Below are positions 38,736 to 53,300 of a DNA stretch of 64,000 bases, piece after piece. The position numbers and the translations under genes are program-made. The notes under the pieces are model-generated. The model did not search any database. It was not told where the DNA came from and saw only the letters and a list, made by a program, of their open reading frames with translations. The stretch's first letter is position 1. Each line of letters opens with the position of its first letter. Origin of the DNA: Eledone cirrhosa (taxonomy: Eukaryota); the NCBI GenBank assembly GCA_964016885.1, contig OZ024751.1, positions 42,036,001 to 42,100,000 of the forward strand, read 5' to 3'.

Positions 38736-41363
38736 ATGTATTATGAACCTGTAACTCCCGGTGGAGTTGTAGGGAGGCCATCGTGACATACTACGTTTTT
38801 TGGGCACTCTCTCTCTTTCTTTCTTTCTTTCTTTTTCTCTCTTTCTCTCTTTCTTTCTTTCTCTCTCTCTCTTCAAACAGCTAATTTCTTTCAGGGAAGG
38901 AGATATAGAGAAAAAAATTCAACCCCAGTATTGAACTGGTACTTTATTTATAGACCTCAAAAAAGATGAAAAGCACAGCTGACCTTGGTAGGATTTGAAT
39001 TCAGAGCGTAGATCGCCAGTTTGCTGCCTTTGTGTTCTTAAGTGGTTGGTACCTTGTGTTAGAAATTCATACCCAATTTCTACTTCCTGTCAGTGTAATA
39101 GACACCAGGAAGTGTTGTTTGTTGTTTCACTCTAATTAGTTGATAAATTACTTTCTTTCTGGTTAAATTTAGTGCATATGGATTTATAATTTCTCATTAC
39201 TTTTGAGACGTATGTATATCCACATATAGACATATACATACATATCATTATCTATCCATCTTCCGGGCGGTGGGTTGGCAGTATCGGTAGAGGGTTGGAC
39301 GCCATGCTTTGACGCATAGAGTTACGTCCATTGCCATTCTGAGTTCAAATCCCGCCAAGGTTAACTTTGCCTTTCATCCTCACGGGGTCAATGAAATAAA
39401 GTACCAGTAATGCACTGGGTAATTGCTGGCCTTGTGCCAAAAGTAGAAACAATTATCTATCCATCCTCCATGTTGGCATGGGTTGGACTCGCTGTCACAG
39501 TATGAGAACCATACCATGGTCATATGTTCCATTTATATGGTAAAGGATGGTTAAAACACTCATAAAATTATAAAAATAACCATTACCAATGTTTCTGAGT
39601 CATGGCACCTTGAAGATGTATGCAGCTTTAAAATCTCCTTAAAATAAGCCCCGAGTAATTGAACCTTGTCGATAGATACATGAAATTATATAGTTTGTTT
39701 TCACTGAATCCTTTTAATGGATAGCCAAAAAGATTGGCACCTCTGACCTTTATTCTACTATAATACTATAATTTCCTGTTAATTCACCGACGACATTCAC
39801 TTCCAGTTGAAAAGACTCCTTTTCCTATATTCAAATAATTGTAAACTATTGTTGTAGTATATGTATGGGTGTATGTGTATGTATGGGTGTATGTCATCAT
39901 CATCATCACCGTTCTTCCACGCTAGCATGGGTTAGACGGGTTGTCCTGTTGTGGGCAGTGTGGTCGGCTGACCATGCCTTGCTCATACAGGAACTGATTT
40001 GGCTTGATTTCTACAGCTGGATGCCCTTCCTAACACCAACCTCATTTACAGTGAGTGCTGGGTGCTTTTTCGTGGCGCCTACACGTCCACTTTACAGTGT
40101 GGGCTGGGTGCTTTTTTGCCGTGGCACCTCCACGACCACCTTGCAGTGGGGGGGGGGGGGCATATTGTCTATATGCTTCAGCTTGTACCCATGGGAGGTC
40201 GGGTACTCTGTATTACTGCTTGACGCCAGAGGTCACGGTCGTGTGTCATTGCCTTTGAGAGGTGTAATTGGGTAAGGTTGGTTTTTATCACCTCATCCCA
40301 GGTCATCTTGGGTCTCCCCACTCCGCGGTTTCCATCAACTTCTAGTGCTCTGCACCTTTTTATGCAGCTGTCATCCTTCATACGCATCACATGTCCATAC
40401 CGGCGCAACCGCCTCTCCTGCACACAGCATTTGATTCCTCTTATGCTCAGTCTCTCTCTCAATTCATTTATGCTTTGTCGTTGACGTATATTACTGTTAC
40501 ACATCTATCGGAGCATGCAGGCTTCGTTTCTCTCTAATCTACGTATGTGTACATGTGTGCGTACACACACATTTACATGCATGTGTATATACAATATAGT
40601 GGTTAGGGCATTCAGTTCTTGATCATAAAGTCGTGAGTTTAATTCCAGTTTGTCTTTGAGTAAAACACTATTTCATGTTGCTCCAGTCAACTTAGCTGGC
40701 AAAAATGAGTTGTACCTGTACATTCAAAGGACCAGACTTGTCACACACTATGTTATGGGTACACATGCCTGTGGAATGCTCAGTCACTTGTTCAAACAAC
40801 TGCAACAGTTGTAGGAACCGAGGACAGTCCAAAACATATATGTACAGATGTGTTTAAAATATCTGTTTCACATCCAGATGTCCTGAGTTCAATTCCACTC
40901 CATGGCATCTTGTGTGGGTTTTATAAAATCTTTGGGTCAACCCAAGTCCTGTCAGTGTAATTAATTTCACAGAAACTCTGTAAACCCATCAGATGGACTA
41001 AACCTGTAGTTGAAACATCCAGCCATGTCACATTGATTATATTTGAGAAGTACATTGAGAGTACACGTGTCTGTGGAATACTGAGCTACTGATATGTTAA
41101 TTTAATGTCTGTGTGTGTATAATATAGAAGTTTCAATATCTGTATGTGTGTGTATGTAATATAAAAGTGTGTTTGAGTGTCTGTGTGTAATATAGTGTGT
41201 GTGTGTGTGTGTGTATGTTATTGTCTTCTCGAAAATATATACTCCCCCCCCCCCCCCTCCAGTTGATTATAAAAAAAACGTGTGTGAATTTTGACAATAG
41301 CTTATGAACTTGTAGTCGAAGGGAGATAATTTTTGAATGTCTTGTGACTTTTCTATTGTACTA

Positions 41364-41398
<35 letters not shown>

Positions 41399-44300
41399 AC
41401 ACTCACACCATTCCTTTTTCCAGAAAGACTCTTAGCTCTTTCTCTCACACACACTCACACTTTCTCACCATTCCCTTGCCACAGTCTCTCTCTCTCTCTC
41501 ACACGCACTTTCCACACTGTAATATTTTTAGTTTTAATATACAGCCTCAGATCCTGTCACTTGCCAGACATATAAACCCCCAAATTATTATAGGATGTTA
41601 ACTAACTTTTAAATCTTTTAAAGGCTTACTACCTCTTTTTCTTTCTCCCTTTCTTTTTATGTTATACATATATACATAGTTGTATTAGACACACATACTG
41701 GATATAACATCTACTGATGTTACATTACATATCTCATTGTGTAGCAAATAATCTTCTTAGATTAAGCCATGTTAAAATCTCCTTTTTAATCTAATGTTGC
41801 TATTAATTCTTTTTTTATTTGTCTCAGTAATCATCTGATTTGATCCTGTTAGATGACCAAAAGATTAAAATGTTTGTTGTTATTCTCTTTCGTTGGTTTC
41901 TCTTTGTTTTACATTTTTGTTTACACATGCACGTGCACGCACACACACATATGCGTGTGTGTACATATATCACTCATTCAATCAAATTATTCCTGCAACT
42001 GGTGCAGCCAGTCATTGAGGTGCCATTCTAGATGCTGTTGCCATTGGTTTCTATTCTCTGTAATGCGCAGAAGGGTCATGGTTTGTGCCCTGTACTGTCT
42101 TTGTATGCCCTTTCTTCATCCTCTTTCTATACAGAGATACAGTGTATCTATTCTAAACCTCCCTTTTATACAGAGATACAGTGTACCTATTCTAAACCTC
42201 CCTTCTATCCAGGGATACGGTGTACCTATTCTAAACCTCCCTTCCATGCAGAGATACAGTGTACCTATTCTAAACCTCCCTTCCATCCAGGGATACAGTG
42301 TATCTATTCTAAACCTCCCTTCTATCCAGGGATACAGTGTACCTATTCTAAACCTTCCTTCTATACAGAGATACAGTGTACCTATTCTAAACCTCCCTTC
42401 TATACAGAGATACAGTGTACCTATTCTAAACCTCCCTTCTATCCAGGGATACAGTGTACCTATTCTAAACCTTCCTTCTATACAGAGATACAGTGTACCT
42501 ATTCTAAACCTCCCTTCTATCCAGGGATACAGTGTACCTATTCTAAACCTCCCTTCTATCCAGGGATACAGTGTACCTATTCTAAACCTCCCTTCTATAC
42601 AGAGATACAGTGTACCTATTCTAAACCTCCCTTCCATCCAGGGATACAGTGTACCTATTCTAAACCTCCCTTCTATACAGAGATACAGTGTACCTATTCT
42701 AAACCTCCCTTCCATCCAGGGATACAGTGTACCTATTCTAAACCTCCCTTCCATACAGAGATACAGTGTACCTATTCTAAACCTCCCTTCTATACAGGGA
42801 TACAGTGTACCTATTCTAAACCTCCCTTCTATACAGAGATACAGTGTACCTATTCTAAACCTCCCTTCTATCCAGGGATACAGTGTACCTATTCTAAACC
42901 TCCCTTCTATACAGAGATACAGTGTACCTATTCTAAACCTCCCTTCTATCCAGGGATACAGTGTACCTATTCTAAACCTCCCTTCTATACAGAGATACAG
43001 TGTACCTATTCTAAACCTCCCTTCTATCCAGGGATAAAGTGTACCTATTCTAAACCTCCCTTCTATACAGAGATACAGTGTACCTATTCTAAACCTCCCT
43101 TCTATCCAGGGATACAGTGTACCTATTCTAAACCTCCCTTCTATACAGAGATACAGTGTACCTATTCTAAACCTCCCTTCTATACAGAGATACAGTGTAC
43201 CTATTCTAAACCTCCCTTCTATCCAGGGATACAGTGTACCTATTCTAAACCTCCCTTCTATCCAGGGATACAGTGTACCTATTCTAAACCTCCCTTCTAT
43301 ACAGAGATACAGTGTACCTATTCTAAACCTCCCTTCTATCCAGGGATACAGTGTACCTATTCTAAACCTCCCTTCCATCCAGGGATACAGCGTACCTATT
43401 CTAAACCTCCCTTCTATACAGAGATACAGTGTATCTATTCTAAACCTCCCTTCTATACAGAGATACAGTGTACCTATTCTAAACCTCCCTTCTATCCAGG
43501 GATACAGTGTACCTATTCTAAACCTCCCTTCTATCCAGGGATACAGTGTACCTATTCTAAACCTCCCTTCTATCCAGGGATACAGTGTACCTATTCTAAA
43601 CCTCCCTTCTATCCAGAGATACAGTGTACCTATTCTAAACCTCCCTTCTATCCAGGGATACAGTGTACCTATTCTAAACCTCCCTTCTATCCAGGGATAC
43701 AGTGTACCTATTCTAAACCTCCCTTCTATCCAGAGATACAGTGTACCTATTCTAAACCTCCCTTCTATCCAGGGATACAGTGTACCTATTCTAAACCTCC
43801 CTTCTATCCAGAGATACAGTGTACCTATTCTAAACCTCCCTTCTATCCAGAGATACAGTGTACCTATTCTAAACCTCCCTTCTATACAGAGATACAGTGT
43901 ACCTATTCTAAACCTCCCTTCTATCCAGGGATACAGTGTACCTATTCTAAACCTCCCTTCTATCCAGGGATACAGTGTACCTATTCTAAACCTCCCTTCC
44001 ATCCAGGGATACAGTGTACCTATTCTAAACCTCCCTTCTATACAGAGATACAGTGTACCTATTCTAAACCTCCCTTCCATGCAGGGATACAGTGTACCTA
44101 TTCTAAACCTCCCTTCTATCCAGGGATACAGTGTACCTATTCTAAACCTCCCTTCTATACAGAGATACAGTGTACCTATTCTAAACCTCCCTTCCATGCA
44201 GGGATACAGTGTACCTATTCTAAACCTCCCTTCTATACAGAGATACAGTGTACCTATTCTAAACCTCCCTTCCATGCAGGGATACAGTGTACCTATTCTA

Positions 44301-47300
44301 AACCTCCCTTCCATGCAGGGATACAGTGTACCTATTCTAAACCTCCCTTCCATCCAGGGATACAGTGTACCTATTCTAAACCTCCCTTCCATCCAGGGAT
44401 ACAGTGTACCTATTCTAAACCTCCCTTCTATACAGAGATACAGTGTACCTATTCTAAACCTCCCTTCCATCCAGAGATACAGTGTACCTATTCTAAACCT
44501 CCCTTCTATACAGAGATACAGTGTACCTATTCTAAACCTCCCTTCTATCCAGGGATACAGTGTACCTATTCTAAACCTCCCTTCTATACAGAGATACAGT
44601 GTACCTATTCTAAACCTCCCTTCTATACAGAGATACAGTGTACCTATTCTAAACCTCCCTTCTATACAGAGATACAGTGTACCTATTCTAAACCTCCCTT
44701 CTATACAGAGATACAGTGTACCTATTCTAAACCTCCCTTCTATCCAGAGATACAGTGTACCTATTCTAAACCTCCCTTCTATACAGAGATACAGTGTACC
44801 TATTCTAAACCTCCCTTCTATCCAGGGATACAGTGTACCTATTCTAAACCTCCCTTCTATCCAGGGATACAGTGTATCTATTCTAAACCTCCCTTCTATA
44901 CAGAGATACAGTGTACCTATTCTAAACCTCCCTTCTATACAGAGATACAGTGTACCTATTCTAAACCTCCCTTCTATACAGAGATACAGTGTATCTATTC
45001 TAAACCTCCCTTCTATACAGGGATACAGTGTACCTATTCTAAACCTCCCTTCCATCCAGGGATACAGTGTATCTATTCTAAACCTCCCTTCTATACAGGG
45101 ATACAGTGTACCTATTCTAAACCTCCCTTCCATCCAGGGATACAGTGTACCTATTCTAAACCTCCCTTCTATACAGGGATACAGTGTACCTATTCTAAAC
45201 CTCCCTTCCATCCAGGGATACAGTGTACCTATTCTAAACCTCCCTTCTATACAGAGATACAGTGTACCTATTCTAAACCTCCCTTCTATACAGGGATACA
45301 GTGTACCTATTCTAAACCTCCCTTCCATCCAGGGATACAGTGTACCTATTCTAAACCTCCCTTCCATCCAGAGATACAGTGTACCTATTCTAAACCTCCC
45401 TTCCATCCAGGGATACAGTGTACCTATTCTAAACCTCCCTTCCATCCAGAGATACAGTGTACCTATTCTAAACCTCCCTTCCATCCAGGGATACAGTGTA
45501 CATATTCTAAACCTCCCTTCTATCCAGGGATACAGTGTACCTATTCTAAACCTCCCTTCCATCCAGAGATACAGTGTACCTATTCTAAACCTCCCTTCTA
45601 TCCAGGGATACAGTGTACCTATTCTAAACCTCCCTTCTATACAGGGATACAGTGTACCTATTCTAAACCTCCCTTCTATCCAGGGATACAGTGTACCTAT
45701 TCTAAACCTCCCTTCTATACAGAGATACAGTGTACCTATTCTAAACCTCCCTTCCATCCAGGGATACAGTGTACCTATTCTAAACCTCCCTTCTATCCAG
45801 GGATACAGCGTACCTATTCTAAACCTCCCTTCCATCCAGGGATACAGTGTACCTATTCTAAACCTCCCTTCCATCCAGGGATACAGTGTATCTATTCTAA
45901 ACCTCCCTTCTATACAGAGATACAGTGTACCTATTTTAAACCTCCCTTCTATACAGAGATACAGTATACCTATTCTAAACCTCCCTTCTATACAGAGATA
46001 CAGTGTACCTATTCTAAACCTCCCTTCTATACAGAGATACAGTGTACCTATTTTAAACCTCCCTTCTATACAGAGATACAGTGTACCTATTCTAAACCTC
46101 CCTTCTATACAGAGATACAGTGTACCTATTCTAAACCTCCCTTCTATACAGAGATACAGTGTACCTATTTTAAACCTCCCTTCCATCCAGAGATACAGTG
46201 TACCTATTCTAAACCTCCCTTCCATCCAGGGATACAGTGTACCTATTCTAAACCTCCCTTCCATCCAGAGATACAGTGTACCTATTCTAAACCTCCCTTC
46301 CATCCAGGGATACAGTGTACCTATTCTAAACCTCCCTTCTATCCAGGGATACAGTGTACTTATTCTAAACCTCCCTTCCATCCAGAGATACAGTGTACCT
46401 ATTCTAAACCTCCCTTCTATCCAGGGATACAGTGTACCTATTCTAAACCTCCCTTCTATACAGGGATACAGTGTACCTATTCTAAACCTCCCTTCTATCC
46501 AGGGATACAGTGTACCTATTCTAAACCTCCCTTCTATACAGAGATACAGTGTACCTATTCTAAACCTCCCTTCCATCCAGGGATACAGTGTACCTATTCT
46601 AAACCTCCCTTCTATCCAGGGATACAGCGTACCTATTCTAAACCTCCCTTCCATCCAGGGATACAGTGTACCTATTCTAAACCTCCCTTCCATCCAGGGA
46701 TACAGTGTATCTATTCTAAACCTCCCTTCCATGCAGGGATACAGTGTACCTATTCTAAACCTCCCTTCTATCCAGGGATACAGTGTACCTATTCTAAACC
46801 TCCCTTCTATCCAGGGATACAGTGTACCTATTCTAAACCTCCCTTCTATCCAGGGATACAGTGTACCTATTCTAAACCTCCCTTCTATACAGAGATACAG
46901 TGTACCTATTCTAAACCTCCCTTCTATCCAGGGATACAGTGTACCTATTCTAAACCTCCCTTCCATCCAGGGATACAGTGTATCTATTCTAAACCTCCCT
47001 TCCATCCAGGGATACAGTGTACCTATTCTAAACCTCCCTTCCATCCAGGGATACAGTGTATCTATTCTAAACCTCCCTTCCATCCAGGGATACAGTGTAC
47101 CTATTCTAAACCTCCCTTCTATCCAGGGATACAGTGTATCTATTCTAAACCTCCCTTCCATCCAGGGATACAGTGTACCTATTCTAAACCTCCCTTCCAT
47201 CCAGGGATACAGTGTACCTATTCTAAACCTCCCTTCTATACAGAGATACAGTGTACCTATTCTAAACCTCCCTTCCATCCAGGGATACAGTGTATCTATT

Positions 47301-50300
47301 CTAAACCTCCCTTCTATACAGGGATACAGTGTACCTATTCTAAACCTCCCTTCTATCCAGGGATACAGTGTACCTATTCTAAACCTCCCTTCCATGCAGG
47401 GATACAGTGTACCTATTCTAAACCTCCCTTCTATCCAGGGATACAGTGTACCTATTCTAAACCTCCCTTCTATCCAGGGATACAGTGTACCTATTCTAAA
47501 CCTCCCTTCCATGCAGGGATACAGTGTACCTATTCTAAACCTCCCTTCCATCCAGGGATACAGTGTACCTATTCTAAACCTCCCTTCTATCCAGGGATAC
47601 AGTGTATCTATTCTAAACCTCCCTTCTATACAGGGATACAGTGTACCTATTCTAAACCTCCCTTCCATCCAGGGATACAGTGTACCTATTCTAAACCTCC
47701 CTTCTATACAGAGATACAGTGTACCTATTCTAAACCTCCCTTCCATGCAGGGATACAGTGTACCTATTCTAAACCTCCCTTCCATCCAGGGATACAGTGT
47801 ACCTATTCTAAACCTCCCTTCTATACAGAGATACAGTGTACCTATTCTAAACCTCCCTTCCATGCAGGGATACAGTGTACCTATTCTAAACCTCCCTTCC
47901 ATGCAGGGATACAGTGTACCTATTCTAAACCTCCCTTCTATACAGGGATACAGTGTACCTATTCTAAACCTCCCTTCTATACAGAGATACAGTGTACCTA
48001 TTCTAAACCTCCCTTCTATACAGGGATACAGTGTACCTATTCTAAACCTCCCTTCCATCCAGGGATACAGTGTACCTATTCTAAACCTCCCTTCTATACA
48101 GAGATACAGTGTACCTATTCTAAACCTCCCTTCCATGCAGGGATACAGTGTACCTATTCTAAACCTCCCTTCCATGCAGAGATAGTGTACCTATTCTAAA
48201 CCTCCCTTCCATCCAGGGATACAGTGTACCTATTCTAAACCTCCCTTCCATCCAGGGATACAGTGTACCTATTCTAAACCTCCCTTCTATACAGAGATAC
48301 AGTGTACCTATTCTAAACCTCCCTTCCATGCAGGGATACAGTGTACCTATTCTAAACCTCCCTTCCATGCAGGGATACAGTGTACCTATTCTAAACCTCC
48401 CTTCCATCCAGAGATACAGCGTACCTATTCTAAACCTCCCTTCTATACAGAGATACAGTGTACCTATTCTAAACCTCCCTTCTATACAGAGATACAGTGT
48501 ACCTATTCTAAACCTCCCTTCCATGCAGGGATACAGTGTACCTATTCTAAACCTCCCTTCTATACAGAGATACAGTGTACCTATTCTAAACCTCCCTTCT
48601 ATCCAGGGATACAGTGTACCTATTCTAAACCTCCCTTCTACCCAGGGATACAGTGTATCTATTCTAAACCTCCCTTCTATCCAGGGATACAGTGTATCTA
48701 TTCTAAACCTCCCTTCTATCCAGGGATACAGTGTATCTATTCTAAACCTCCCTTCTATCCAGGGATACAGTGTATCTATTCTAAACCTCCCTTCTATCCA
48801 GGGATACAGTGTATCTATTCTAAACCTCCCTTCTATCCAGGGATACAGTGTACCTATTCTAAACCTCCCTTCTATCCAGGGATACAGTGTACCTATTCTA
48901 AACCTCCCTTCTATCCAGGGATACAGTGTACCTATTCTAAACCTCCCTTCTATCCAGAGATACAGTGTATCTATTCTAAACCTCCCTTCTATACAGGGAT
49001 ACAGTGTACCTATTCTAAACCTCCCTTCTATCCAGGGATACAGTGTACCTATTCTAAACCTCCCTTCTATCCAGGGATACAGTGTACCTATTCTAAACCT
49101 CCCTTCTATCCAGGGATACAGTGTACCTATTCTAAACCTCCCTTCTATCCAGGGATACAGTGTATCTATTCTAAACCTCCCTTCTATACAGGGATACAGT
49201 GTACCTATTCTAAACCTCCCTTCTATCCAGGGATACAGTGTACCTATTCTAAACCTCCCTTCTATCCAGGGATACAGTGTACCTATTCTAAACCTCCCTT
49301 CTATCCAGGGATACAGTGTACCTATTCTAAACCTCCCTTCTATACAGAGATACAGTGTACCTATTCTAAACCTCCCTTCCATCCAGGGATACAGTGTACC
49401 TATTCTAAACCTCCCTTCTATACAGAGATACAGTGTACCTATTCTAAACCTCCCTTCCATCCAGGGATACAGTGTACCTATTCTAAACCTCCCTTCCATC
49501 CAGGGATACAGTGTACCTATTCTAAACCTCCCTTCTATACAGGGATACAGTGTACCTATTCTAAACCTCCCTTCCATCCAGGGATACAGTGTACCTATTC
49601 TAAACCTCCCTTCTATCCAGGGATACAGTGTACTTATTCTAAACCTCCCTTCTATCCAGGGATACAGTGTACCTATTCTAAACCTCCCTTCTATACAGAG
49701 ATACAGTGTACCGATTCTAAACCTCCCTTCTATCCAGGGATACAGTGTACCTATTCTAAACCTCCCTTCTATCCAGAGATACAGTGTACCTATTCTAAAC
49801 CTCCCTTCTATACAGAGATACAGTGTACCTATTCTAAACCTCCCTTCTATCCAGGGATACAGTGTACCTATTCTAAACCTCCCTTCTATACAGAGATACA
49901 GTGTACCTATTCTAAACCTCCCTTCCATCCAGGGATACAGTGTACCTATTCTAAACCTCCCTTCTATACAGAGATACAGTGTACCTATTCTAAACCTCCC
50001 TTCTATACAGAGATACAGTGTACCTATTCTAAACCTCCCTTCCATGCAGGGATACAGTGTACCTATTCTAAACCTCCCTTCTATACAGAGATACAGTGTA
50101 CCTATTCTAAACCTCCCTTCCATGCAGGGATACAGTGTACCTATTCTAAACCTCCCTTCTATACAGAGATACAGTGTACCTATTCTAAACCTCCCTTCTA
50201 TCCAGGGATACAGTGTATCTATTCTAAACCTCCCTTCTATCCAGAGATACAGTGTACCTATTCTAAACCTCCCTTCTATCCAGGGATACAGTGTACCTAT

Positions 50301-53300
50301 TCTAAACCTCCCTTCTATCCAGAGATACAGTGTACCTATTCTAAACCTCCCTTCTATCCAGGGATACAGTGTACCTATTCTAAACCTCCCTTCTATCCAG
50401 GGATACAGTGTACCTATTCTAAACCTCCCTTCTATCCAGAGATACAGTGTACCTATTCTAAACCTCCCTTCTATCCAGGGATACAGTGTACCTATTCTAA
50501 ACCTCCCTTCTATCCAGAGATACAGTGTACCTATTCTAAACCTCCCTTCTATCCAGAGATACAGTGTACCTATTCTAAACCTCCCTTCTATACAGAGATA
50601 CAGTGTACCTATTCTAAACCTCCCTTCTATCCAGGGATACAGTGTACCTATTCTAAACCTCCCTTCTATCCAGGGATACAGTGTACCTATTCTAAACCTC
50701 CCTTCCATCCAGGGATACAGTGTACCTATTCTAAACCTCCCTTCTATACAGAGATACAGTGTACCTATTCTAAACCTCCCTTCCATGCAGGGATACAGTG
50801 TACCTATTCTAAACCTCCCTTCTATCCAGGGATACAGTGTACCTATTCTAAACCTCCCTTCTATACAGAGATACAGTGTACCTATTCTAAACCTCCCTTC
50901 CATGCAGGGATACAGTGTACCTATTCTAAACCTCCCTTCTATACAGAGATACAGTGTACCTATTCTAAACCTCCCTTCCATGCAGGGATACAGTGTACCT
51001 ATTCTAAACCTCCCTTCCATGCAGGGATACAGTGTACCTATTCTAAACCTCCCTTCCATCCAGGGATACAGTGTACCTATTCTAAACCTCCCTTCCATCC
51101 AGGGATACAGTGTACCTATTCTAAACCTCCCTTCTATACAGAGATACAGTGTACCTATTCTAAACCTCCCTTCCATCCAGAGATACAGTGTACCTATTCT
51201 AAACCTCCCTTCTATCCAGGGATACAGTGTACCTATTCTAAACCTCCCTTCTATACAGAGATACAGTGTACCTATTCTAAACCTCCCTTCCATCCAGGGA
51301 TACAGTGTACCTATTCTAAACCTCCCTTCTATCCAGGGATACAGTGTACCTATTCTAAACCTCCCTTCTATCCAGGGATACAGTGTACCTATTCTAAACC
51401 TCCCTTCTATCCAGGGATACAGTGTACCTATTCTAAACCTCCCTTCTATCCAGGGATACAGTGTACCTATTCTAAACCTCCCTTCTATCCAGGGATACAG
51501 CGTACCTATTCTAAACCTCCCTTCTATCCAGGGATACAGCGTACCTATTCTAAACCTCCCTTCTATCCAGAGATACAGTGTACCTATTCTAAACCTCCCT
51601 TCTATCCAGAGATACAGTGTACCTATTCTAAACCTCCCTTCCATCCAGAGATACAGTGTACCTATTCTAAACCTCCCTTCTATCCAGGGATACAGTGTAC
51701 CTATTCTAAACCTCCCTTCTATACAGAGATACAGTGTACCTATTCTAAACCTCCCTTCCATCCAGGGATACAGTGTACCTATTCTAAACCTCCCTTCTAT
51801 ACAGAGATACAGTGTACCTATTCTAAACCTCCCTTCCATCCAGGGATACAGTGTACCTATTCTAAACCTCCCTTCCATCCAGGGATACAGTGTACCTATT
51901 CTAAACCTCCCTTCTATACAGGGATACAGTGTACCTATTCTAAACCTCCCTTCCATCCAGGGATACAGTGTACCTATTCTAAACCTCCCTTCTATCCAGG
52001 GATACAGTGTACTTATTCTAAACCTCCCTTCTATCCAGGGATACAGTGTACCTATTCTAAACCTCCCTTCTATACAGAGATACAGTGTACCGATTCTAAA
52101 CCTCCCTTCTATCCAGGGATACAGTGTACCTATTCTAAACCTCCCTTCTATCCAGAGATACAGTGTACCTATTCTAAACCTCCCTTCTATACAGAGATAC
52201 AGTGTACCTATTCTAAACCTCCCTTCTATCCAGGGATACAGTGTACCTATTCTAAACCTCCCTTCTATACAGAGATACAGTGTACCTATTCTAAACCTCC
52301 CTTCCATCCAGGGATACAGTGTACCTATTCTAAACCTCCCTTCTATACAGAGATACAGTGTACCTATTCTAAACCTCCCTTCTATACAGAGATACAGTGT
52401 ACCTATTCTAAACCTCCCTTCCATGCAGGGATACAGTGTACCTATTCTAAACCTCCCTTCTATACAGAGATACAGTGTACCTATTCTAAACCTCCCTTCC
52501 ATGCAGGGATACAGTGTACCTATTCTAAACCTCCCTTCTATACAGAGATACAGTGTACCTATTCTAAACCTCCCTTCTATCCAGGGATACAGTGTATCTA
52601 TTCTAAACCTCCCTTCTATCCAGAGATACAGTGTACCTATTCTAAACCTCCCTTCTATACAGAGATACAGTGTACCTATTCTAAACCTCCCTTCCATGCA
52701 GGGATACAGTGTACCTATTCTAAACCTCCCTTCCATCCAGGGATACAGTGTACCTATTCTAAACCTCCCTTCTATCCAGGGATACAGTGTACCTATTCTA
52801 AACCTCCCTTCTATCCAGGGATACAGTGTACCTATTCTAAACCTCCCTTCTATCCAGGGATACAGTGTACCTATTCTAAACCTCCCTTCTATCCAGGGAT
52901 ACAGTGTACCTATTCTAAACCTCCCTTCTATCCAGGGATACAGCGTACCTATTCTAAACCTCCCTTCTATCCAGGGATACAGCGTACCTATTCTAAACCT
53001 CCCTTCTATCCAGAGATACAGTGTACCTATTCTAAACCTCCCTTCTATCCAGAGATACAGTGTACCTATTCTAAACCTCCCTTCCATCCAGAGATACAGT
53101 GTACCTATTCTAAACCTCCCTTCTATCCAGGGATACAGTGTACCTATTCTAAACCTCCCTTCTATACAGAGATACAGTGTACCTATTCTAAACCTCCCTT
53201 CTATACAGAGATACAGTGTACCTATTCTAAACCTCCCTTCTATACAGAGATACAGTGTATCTATTCTAAACCTCCCTTCCATGCAGGGATACAGTGTACC

